A DNA stretch of 64,000 nucleotides, from the NCBI RefSeq assembly GCF_001194135.2, contig NC_068983.1, forward strand, positions 155,645,708-155,709,707. The letters run 5' to 3'. The position numbers were made by a program, and so were the translations under genes. The notes under the pieces were generated by a model that did no database searches, was not told the DNA's origin, and saw only the letters and a list, made by a program, of their open reading frames with translations. The stretch comes from Octopus bimaculoides (taxonomy: Eukaryota). Shown here one piece after another: positions 54,056 through 64,000 of this stretch (positions are counted from its first letter, which is position 1; each line of letters starts with the position of its first letter).

Positions 54056-54496
54056 TAAACTCGTTACAATAACAGTACAGCAATGTATCTTTTCATTTCG
54101 TGGAAAGAAAAGCAGCAAAACGAAGGAAATATCTTCATTTACACACCATAATTTTTAGTGGCTTGAAAACCAACACATTGCATTATTAATATTCATCTAC
54201 AAAAGGATAACAGGAAACGAAATATAATGCCTTATAACGCTTCCTACAGATGAAATGTTTGTGCGAGTGTTGCTTCGATTTTCCCAAACCTTATAACTGA
54301 GAGTTTCATAATATCTAAAAGAGAAATAGTGTGAAGGGGAATTACAGTTACACCCAAAATCTTTAATGCTTCCATAGCTAACAAAAAGAAAAAAAATCTT
54401 TGCAGTAAACATAAGAAATTTTAAAAGACTTACTGTATGTGTTATTCCTAAGCATTTGTTTGTAGTATAAGTTACCCCTTGAAAACAGAAGGAAGA

Positions 54497-54538
<42 letters not shown>

Positions 54539-54580
54539 GGTTAAACGATTATATTCACAATATGTGTATACATTCAAATC

Positions 54581-54677
<97 letters not shown>

Positions 54678-55199
54678 CGTTCACACATGAACACTTATAC
54701 GATTCAAATACATCTGGAGTTTAAAGTATTAAATTAACGATCATATTACCGTTTGGACCATGCTCCCTACCATGTCAATTCTTCAGATGTGATATTTCGT
54801 CTCAAAATAACACAATATCTCTTCACAACTTTTTGCAATGTTGAACAAAAGATCCCAATTAATGAATTCTTGTAGGCATTATCATCAATATATATTGAGA
54901 AATTTCCAAGTAAGTAACACCTACTTAGAATACCTTATTTTTCATGTATTAGATTCACCATTAAAAAGAAACCGTTTAGCGACGAACAGAAATTTTCCCG
55001 ATGTTTGTTTCGACTATTACTACGCTGAGCTAAATTCTGCGGAGGTCAACTCAGCTTTCCTTCGGATTGATAAAATGAGTACCAATTCAAGATGGCGGAT
55101 TGGCGAAACTGTAAGGACACATGAGTGTACGAGAATTTACTAATCACGACTATTGTGGTATTAGCTCCTTTTGTTCGAACAAATCCAGCCATAGCTCAC

Positions 55200-55346
55200 T
55201 TGGCTGATAGGCTTAACACCACTTGGTATCTCGAGTGTCATTAGTGTAGTCTACTTTGTTGCAAGTATTCTGGACAGGTTTCTTCATTCCTTTCCACCAG
55301 TTTCAGAAGCTCCATAACGAGCCATGGGCACTCCCTTCCCTCCTGG
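55200..55346 (-). other. Candidate exon
   Basis: Acceptor ttatattttag (or tandem ccag). Longest frame is QEGRECPWLVMELLKLVERNEETCPEYLQQSRLH*. Confidence 0.17.
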
Positions 55347-56125
55347 CTAAAATATAAGCTAAAATATAATGAAAAATATTTTTTCTTTTCTTCATCATGA
55401 TTTAAAGTTTATTAAAAGTAAAAACATTTTTTTCCCTCAGGCGTGTTTCATAGATACATAGAAGACATAAAAATATCACAGATTTTGCAGTCCACTACAT
55501 AAATATATCACCTGTCTTGCGTATGATTATGAAATATATTAGTGTATGGCACGTTTTTTGACGGCTTTCCTGAAACTAATTAAAACTCGGTAACTAACCA
55601 TATTTCATACTGTTTACGAATTCGTTTCGCTTACATATTGCTACACTGCTTCCTTATGTCATATGCTCAAATTATTGTCAATGCAAACTCGGAATTCCGA
55701 TTAAAAAAAGCTTCGAAGTGCACCCTTTTCAGAGCATCCTCTTCAGAGCACCATCAGCCGCAACTCCGAGTGTAACTCAAACGGGAAAAAGCAAGTTCAC
55801 CTTGTCTAAGGTTCTGCCAACACCAGAGGCCTTACAGGACCTATAAGGTGGGTGAAATTTTCATGTATCACATAACCATTCGGAGTCACCTACTATATCT
55901 TGAGGCTCATACTACTCATCTTGTGGCGATTGATAGAAATTGGAGCATAAAGAAGGGAGGAAAACTAGAAACAACAGACATAAGTAAGCGAGTAAACATC
56001 CGCAAAGGGCAAATTCGAAGTTGGAAGATCCTGACCAAGAGTCCCTAACCCGTAATTGTGTTTGAAATTCAGAGTGAACTAAAGAAATAAAATGACAAAA
56101 AAGAATAAGTTTATTGGATATCAGG

Positions 56126-56209
56126 AAGAAGGAAAGTAGAGAAGAGAAAATAAAAGTATTGGTCAGAAAGAAGGAAAGTAGAGAAGAGAAAATAAAAGTA
56201 TTGGTCAGA
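56126..56209. repeat. Perfect 42-bp tandem duplication
   Basis: AAGAAGGAAAGTAGAGAAGAGAAAATAAAAGTATTGGTCAGA x2. Confidence 0.95.
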
Positions 56210-56225
56210 AACGAAATACTGCTTA

Positions 56226-56463
56226 CTGGAGTCGATATTATCGACTGGCCCCCTCCCCAGAATTTCGGGCCTTGTGCCTAGAGTACAAGAGAATATTTAG
56301 AGAGTTACTCAAATTCCGCCGAGGTCGACTTTGCTTTTCATCCTTTTAGGGTCGATAAATTAAGTACCAGTTGCGTACTGGGGTCGATCTAATCGACGGA
56401 CCCCTCTCACCTCAAATTTTCGGGCCTTGTGCCTAGAGTAGAAACGAATATTTACAGAGTTAC
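56226..56463 (+). mobile_element. Two tandem SINE family D 3' parts sharing the same downstream flank
   Basis: Both end GGGCCTTGTGCCTAGAGTA...GAATATTTA(G/C)AGAGTTACT. Confidence 0.75.
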
Positions 56464-56773
56464 TGAAGTATTCCTCAGAAGATGTAGAAGGATTAGGGCT
56501 TCAGCCAAATGTGGTCACGTCTAAATTAGGGGAACCCAACATTTGCAGGCAGAACAAAATGTGACGGTAATCTTAGGGTGCTTTTATACTACGGAAGGCT
56601 AGCTATTAACCCATGTAATTGTGGGGTATCCGAATAATTATTTATAATTATTTTTGTGCTAGACTTTTCACAGGGAAACTAAAGTATCACGTTTTTATAC
56701 CACATGTTAGTACAAAATTTTACACACACAAGCGCGCGCGCAACACACATGCGCTCACCCCCCCACATATATA

Positions 56774-56815
<42 letters not shown>

Positions 56816-56863
56816 ATACATATATATATACATACATACATACATATATACATACATATATAT

Positions 56864-56914
<51 letters not shown>

Positions 56915-56924
56915 CATGCATGCA

Positions 56925-56964
<40 letters not shown>

Positions 56965-57086
56965 CACACACATATTTACATATTTGTACAAGCCACATAT
57001 TTTGTAACTGACTTTAGTATGACAGGCTTTGGAATGAGCTCTTGTGGCTAATAATACAAGGACTACAACAAAAGAACAACAACAAT

Positions 57087-57125
<39 letters not shown>

Positions 57126-57126
57126 G

Positions 57127-57157
<31 letters not shown>

Positions 57158-57676
57158 TCGTTATTATATTTTATATCTATACTACATGTGAAAGAAATGA
57201 CAGAAAAGATTTACAAAAGATGTAACATAAATGTAAATATACGAAAAAAAACAAAACAAAAAAAACGAAAAAGAATATTCGAATTTACAGTCAGCTTAGT
57301 TGTAAATAAAATATATATACATCTGGATGAATCTATACGAGACAACGAAAGAGAAGTAACAACACAAAAACAACAAAATGATGAACATAATACATTTTTT
57401 ATTGGTTATTTAAAAAAAAACTACTGCAACACCGAACATAGCAACTGTCTGTTTTTGACATCCAGTTATTATATTTACATTATTTTTATCATATCTCTCA
57501 CTTTTCTCTTTCTACTCTCTGTTTTTCCCTGCATTTCCCAGCCTATCTATTCATACGTTCACGTATATATACGTACAATTTTTTTTATAAATTCGCACAC
57601 ATGCAGACATATAGATTAGTATTTCGCATAGATATCCAGAATTCAGATATGAACACGCACTCACTCACTGTTATGT

Positions 57677-57737
<61 letters not shown>

Positions 57738-58525
57738 AATTTATGTGCATATTTTGAAATACATACAACTGAGTTTTACTAGTATGTGTATGTATACGTA
57801 TATACATATATATGTATATACAGACATGTATATCTATATACATGCATGTATATATGTGCATGTATATATATATATATATNNNNNNNNNNNNNNNNNNNNN
57901 NNNNNNNNNNNNNNNNNNNNNNNNNNNNNNNNNNNNNNNNNNNNNNNNNNNNNNNNNNNNNNNNNNNNNNNNNNNNNNNNNNNNNNNNNNNNNNNNNNNN
58001 NNNNNNNNNNNNNNNNNNNNNNNNNNNNNNNNNNNNNNNNNNNNNNNNNNNNNNNNNNNNNNNNNNNNNNNNNNNNNNNNNNNNNNNNNNNNNNNNNNNN
58101 NNNNNNNNNNNNNNNNNNNNNNNNNNNNNNNNNNNNNNNNNNNNNNNNNNNNNNNNNNNNNNNNNNNNNNNNNNNNNNNNNNNNNNNNNNNNNNNNNNNN
58201 NNNNNNNNNNNNNNNNNNNNNNNNNNNNNNNNNNNNNNNNNNNNNNNNNNNNNNNNCATTTATATATATACATGTATACACACACAGGCCGGCATATACC
58301 TATGTATGTATGTATATACATTTGGGCACACACACGTTAAAATGCTCAACACCTATACTCGACTTTATTCATTCAATTGAAGCCAAAGATATACTCTATC
58401 GGTACTGAATGATACAAGACATTACTTTCTTCACATGAGTAAAGTACCCTGCTCACCGCTATCGGGTGGGAGATGGCAATCCGCAAGTGTGAGCCCCGTG
58501 AGTCAGAGTGACTCTTCCAACTCAC

Positions 58526-58587
58526 CTCTCGTACCATCTTCCGAGGCAACGCCTTTCCTATTTTGCTTGCTATGACCATGAGGTGGT
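58526..58587 (-). other. Candidate 62-nt exon
   Basis: Acceptor ttctcccgatttcctgtaattcag and donor GAG|GTGAGT. Two open frames: HLMVIASKIGKALPRKMVRE or PPHGHSKQNRKGVASEDGTR. Confidence 0.3.
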
Positions 58588-59379
58588 CTGAATTACAGGA
58601 AATCGGGAGAATGTAAGAATTTCGTAGCTTACTACCCGTAGTTGGTCAGTATACTACGGGTAGCATATATACAGAGAAATACAGCCGGACATTCACACCG
58701 TCATCTGTCAACTGAGAACAGAATATTTTCGCTGTTTAACCAACACATCGAGGTAAAAAAAAGCATTAATGTTATTAGTAAATGTAAGGGGTTAACCGGT
58801 CAAATCACGAAACACGTATTGTTAAATTTTTCCGGTACGGTTTCGCTCAGCTTATAACGCACCTTTGGCAACGTAAAAGTTACGAGCTGCTCTTTAGTAA
58901 AAGACAGGGAGAAGGAAAGAAAAAGCATTTTGAAATCCAAGTATTTGTAAATACTCTTTATTTCCTTGTAGTAATTAGGAAACCAGTTAAATTGACAAAT
59001 GACTAATAAACTGTTGTTACTATACATGGTGAGAGTGAAAGTGTGGGTAAAACCATTGACATACATACATACATACATACATACATACATACATACATAC
59101 ATACATACATACATACACGGTGATTGTCTCCTCCTTATGCAGAGTTTGACCACCTCCTGTACCTACACCTTAGCACCATCATGGCATCTGATGTGGCTTT
59201 TTAAACCAGACAATGTTCTGAAAAAACACCTACATATACATACCTAAATACATACATTCATACACACACACGCACACACACACACACATATACACACACA
59301 AACACACATATATATATATATATAAAACATAGGATGAATACATATATATGCACATATATAATATATATTGTATAATATA

Positions 59380-59930
59380 TATAATACGGCAAATAAGAAA
59401 ATGGAGAGGATACCAAACGGCATACATCATCCAGTAGACATTCCAGTGTGTGTATTTATTCCAAGGCATTAGATCATGTATGACATTTTGTATTCTCTCC
59501 ATTTTCTTATTTGCCGTATAAATTAAAGGTAAACCACTCTTTACCCCCGCCCACATACGATACTCAATTGCGAGATTGCCACGCAATAACCAGCATTTGG
59601 GTACGTATAATTGGGTACACTACCAGCAGTATATTGGATAGGTACTATCTCTTAGTTTGTTGGATTCCCAACCTCTAACTCTCACAGTAATATATATAAT
59701 ATATATAGATTACTTAGATATGTTTCAACCAAAGAATGATCTAGGCCATGTCTAACTTAATAGCACCACCTAATAGGATTAGCTAAATCCTTTTAAAGTC
59801 AGGTTTTGTGGTATTATGATCCATTCGAGTAGTAAGTTCTTGCTGAGTGAGTTGTATCCAAGTATAAGTGACTTATCTGGTATTCCTCGGAGAAATTTGT
59901 CCAGATTCAATTTAAAGATGATGGGATCGT
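59380..59930 (-). mobile_element. CR1/L2-like LINE fragments
   Basis: FKLNLDKFLRGIPD..GYNS..W (CR1-type C-terminus) at 59790-59930 and IEYRMW..MERIQ at 59380-59590. Confidence 0.5.
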
Positions 59931-59936
59931 TATAAT

Positions 59937-59975
<39 letters not shown>

Positions 59976-60384
59976 GCGCACACACACACACANNNNNNNN
60001 NNNNNNNNNNNNNNNNNNNNNNNNNNNNNNNNNNNNNNNNNNNNNNNNNNNNNNNNNNNNNNNNNNNNNNNNNNNNNNNNNNNNNNNNNNNNNNNNNNNN
60101 NNNNNNNNNNNNNNNNNNNNNNNNNNNNNNNNNNNNNNNNNNNNNNNNNNNNNNNNNNNNNNNNNNNNNNNNNNNNNNNNNNNNNNNNNNNNNNNNNNNN
60201 NNNNNNNNNNNNNNNNNNNNNNNNNNNNNNNNNNNNNNNNNNNNNNNNNNNNNNNNNNNNNNNNNNNNNNNNNNNNNNNNNNNNNNNNNNNNNNNNNNNN
60301 NNNNNNNNNNNNNNNNNNNNNNNNNNNNNNNNNNNNNNNNNNNNNNNNNNNNNNNNNNNNNNNNNNNNNNNNNNNNNNNNNNNN

Positions 60385-60668
60385 TGGATTTGGTAGACGG
60401 AAACTGAAAGAAGCCCGTCGTATATATGTATATATATATATGTATGTGTTTGTGTGTCTGTATTTGTCCCCTCACCATCGCTTGACAACCGATGCTGGTG
60501 TGTTTACGTCCCCGTAACTTAGCGGTTCGGCAAAACGAGACCGATAGAATAAGTACTAGGCTTACATAAGAATAAGTCCTGGGGTCGATTTCCTCGACTA
60601 AAGGCGGTGCTCCAGCATGGCCGCAGTCAAATGACTGAAACAAGTAAAAGAGTAAAAGAGTAAAAGAG
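60385..60668 (+). mobile_element. SINE family A, young copy (head lost in gap)
   Basis: GGAAACTGAAAGAAGCCCGTCG-(TA/TG)n-...GACTGAAACAAGT with an (AAAAGAGT)n tail. Confidence 0.88.
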
Positions 60669-60679
60669 ATATAATATGG

Positions 60680-61830
60680 GCTCAGGAGATATACAATCAA
60701 ATATGTTCTGGATACATTTAGCGATTTTTATGTCTCCTTTTTCAGGAAAAGCTTGACGCATTGGTGAACAGTCAATAATGTTGCAGAACATAAACAAAAA
60801 TTAAAGTTGTAGTTGAGAAGAAGTTTGCTGTCATGGAGGACAGGAAGCCAAGTGAATATTGGAAAGGAATTGTATGTATCCTTTTGATTAAAGCCATGTA
60901 TCAAAGCACTGATATCATGACAGTTCTGCTGCTCAATGCTCTGTGAATCCTGAAAAGGCTGTAAGACATGACATGGAAAGCTGAATCTAGGTCTATGAAG
61001 CCGTGACTAGCAGGAAGGGACACTACGGGCGTTCTGACTGCGTCCGGCACGCCGAGTTTCATCAACTTGCTCTGCAGTTGCTGGAAGATCCGAACAAGGG
61101 AAACCGGGCTTTGGCGAGAAAGATGGGTGTTGGAGTTACCACTGTCCATCATGCTGTTGTTCATCACTAATCAGTCGGATAAGAAGCTCAGGCAAGAAAT
61201 TCTGACACCTAAGGCCAAGAAGGGCCGCTTAACAAAGACAGAAATGCTCCTGAACGAGCTTGGCGTACTGCTGTGCCGAGGATGAGCTGGTTCTTTCTGA
61301 AATGAAAAGGACTTCTTCCAGGGACAGTTGCACAATACCCAGAACAACACAGTTGGCTTGTCTGCAATCCTTATGACACCCACGTATTATGAAAAAACAA
61401 GTTCTCTCAGACTATGATGGGTCCCCGGTGAGAATGATGTCATGCCGTACCTCAACTTTGAACAGGATTTTAGGCTCAATACAGACGACTGTCTGAAGCT
61501 GCTGCTCGAGGAGAATTTCTGTTGACCAGTTCCAATTTCTAGCCTCCTAATTTTCTTGATTCTTATCCCATGGATTACTAAGTGTGGAGTGCAGTTGAGA
61601 CAGACAACCTCTATACCAGCAACACCAAGGTCGATCAAATGGTTAAGGTCAAGGAGTGGTTCGAAGATCTCCCCAGAGACACAGAAAAGAAAACATGAGC
61701 CAGACTTCGGAGCCGTTTTTAGGTTGTAGTTAACACCTCCCACTGCCACCACTACCACCACCACCACCAATCATAATCTAGTTGATACTTTTTTTTATTT
61801 TTTGAAATATTTTCATTTTTAGATGGGATA
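60680..61830 (+). mobile_element. maT/DD37D-like Tc1-mariner transposon, deleted and pseudogenised
   Basis: RSDCVR, WFF(S)DEK across a frameshift, F*PPNFLDSYPMDY*VWSAVE and RLRSRF*VVV, resembling maT WPPNSPDLNPLDYYVW. Confidence 0.7.
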
Positions 61831-61899
61831 CTGTGTTTCCATTCCCTTTGTGTAAGCTGTCAAATTTAGCCCGAAAACCCTGTATTTATGTATATATAA

Positions 61900-61982
<83 letters not shown>

Positions 61983-62907
61983 TGTGTTCAGAGCTGAAAT
62001 ACAGAAGCACCAATGGATACATATTTATTAACGAATATATTAACGAATACATATTTATTAACGATCAGCGATGAAAAGTAACTTAGAATGCATGGGGTTA
62101 GAAATCCCTTACACGATAAATAGGTGGGAAGCTGCTTGCGGGGCACAAACCGAACTTCTTTTGAAGCCTAGATAGACAACCTACGAATGTCACTAAGCGA
62201 ATCTTCCATCTTCCATCTTCCATCAAATTAATCGTTTTGGTCTTACCAGCGAGCGAGCTTGTTACATTTAGTATGGAAGTGTAGAAGTGTTGAGAATATA
62301 AGTCTTCAAAAACGATATATCTGAAATCTAAGAGATTTTTCACCCGATGGATTATGATCTATTACTTATAGCTGAATTCACTTAGGGACATATCATTAGA
62401 AATGATACGCACATTTACACGCACATATGTATACATAATTTTGCTTTACTGCGTAAGGGTCACATTGCCTATAAAAGATACACGCTTGTATTTCATTTCT
62501 TTTTATCATTATTATTCAACTATCTAAATAATTAACGAATCACTTGTTTGATAAATTGTTTGATCGACCAAGCAGTTGATTTGTCAGACTTATTTCGTCA
62601 CACTTGATAACGGACTTTCATGTGCCCGTCTAATGTCTGTAAAAATCACAGAAGATTGGATGAGAGTACGTCATCAATAAGGTCGCAGACAATGACAAAC
62701 CATCTCACTGACTGATCAAACGATGAAACAAAGCATCGATTAGTTAATTGGTTAAGTATTTAACAAGCTGACTGCTGCTAAAAAAAGAAAATTACTACAA
62801 GCGCATGAGTTTTATTGACAAAATAACCTTCCCAAAGTATGACCATGTCTCCTACACACGATGATGCTTCAAGAATTTTGCCAAAAAAATACAAGGATTA
62901 CCTATCC

Positions 62908-62958
<51 letters not shown>

Positions 62959-63115
62959 AATCTATCTATCTATCCATCTATCTATCGTACTCTCTCCCTC
63001 TTTTTCTCTCGCTCTGAATCTATCAGCCTATCTGTCTGTCTGTCAGTCTGTCTGTCTGTCAGTCTGTCTAACTATGTATCTTATATATGTATACATGTGT
63101 ATGCGTATATATATG

Positions 63116-63275
63116 CAGTGTCGTACTGGCCAGGTTGCCAGCTTGCCCCCTGTGTTTGTAGACATTTGAAAAGAATACTTTTAACAAAAATTAAAAATAG
63201 ATTAAATAGCGTTGTAGTTGCGGGTGGGCCTTAGTGTCCTGGCAACCAATATTTTAAAACCCAGTCCGCCACCCT
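63116..63275. mobile_element. Short MITE-like element
   Basis: Imperfect terminal inverted repeats GTGTCGTACTGG / CCAGTCCGCCAC (10 of 12 match). Confidence 0.4.
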
Positions 63276-63507
63276 ATGTATGTATGTATGTATGTATGTA
63301 TGTATGTGTGTATGTATGTATGTGTGTATGTATGTATGTATGTATGTATGTATGTATGTATGTGTGTATGTAGGTATGTATGTATGTATGTATACATCCT
63401 TTAAGTTCCTTTACGGGAAACGTTTGCAATATCAGTTTTATGGTGTTGTATATAGTTGTGCCGATTTAATGTAGGATAAATATTGTAATAACAACGACAG
63501 CAGCAGC

Positions 63508-63546
<39 letters not shown>

Positions 63547-63555
63547 AATAATAAC

Positions 63556-63606
<51 letters not shown>

Positions 63607-64000
63607 TGTGGCTGGACGAGTCAGCAGCTGAAGACGCAGAAACACTAGGAAAACTGAAAAGTAACTCTCAAAGACCGGGATGTCTACAATTTCCTGTGAG
63701 TATTTTAAATTTCCCTCAAAATAAGTGAAGAAACTTACATACCTAAATTTTTCGAACACACAAACGATCAGCTTTAAAAACTGTAATATCTACAACTTCT
63801 GTGAATACCTATCCTTTCCTTTCTCCCTGAGTATTCGAAAATATAAACATCCTTGACGGAGGTAAAGATCACCCCCTTTGCGATTTTTCTTTTGTTTTCT
63901 TTTTTACAGGAATACACTATATCGAGGGCGGAGATTCTGATTCTGCAAAAAAAAATCTACATTTCAAAATTTAAATTTCCCCAACCGCTCCCCTAAATTT

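Overview
AT-rich animal genomic DNA with very dense di-, tri- and tetranucleotide microsatellites and 12 assembly gaps (about 5 kb of N, mostly bordered by (TA)n or (CA)n). The SINEs and repeat landscape look like an octopus or other coleoid cephalopod genome; this is inferred from recognition, not from a search. No intact gene is identifiable, and almost every ORF in the supplied track is a microsatellite or N artefact. The window is mostly decayed transposons: three mariners, a Tc1-like element with DD36E spacing, a maT-like element, a hAT fossil, R4/Dong-like, RTE, L1/Tx1, CR1 and Penelope-like retroelements, a Helentron-type element and several tRNA-derived SINE families. The most striking structure is a 764-bp fold-back element (20423-21186) with a 9-bp target-site duplication. 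Each arm carries a minimal type I hammerhead ribozyme fold, and both share a core G5A change. Several other degenerate hammerhead motifs, a near-perfect 78-bp hairpin and a few low-confidence candidate exons are also present. One candidate exon has a branch-point-like motif in a hairpin loop; another has weak GTPase switch-like similarity.
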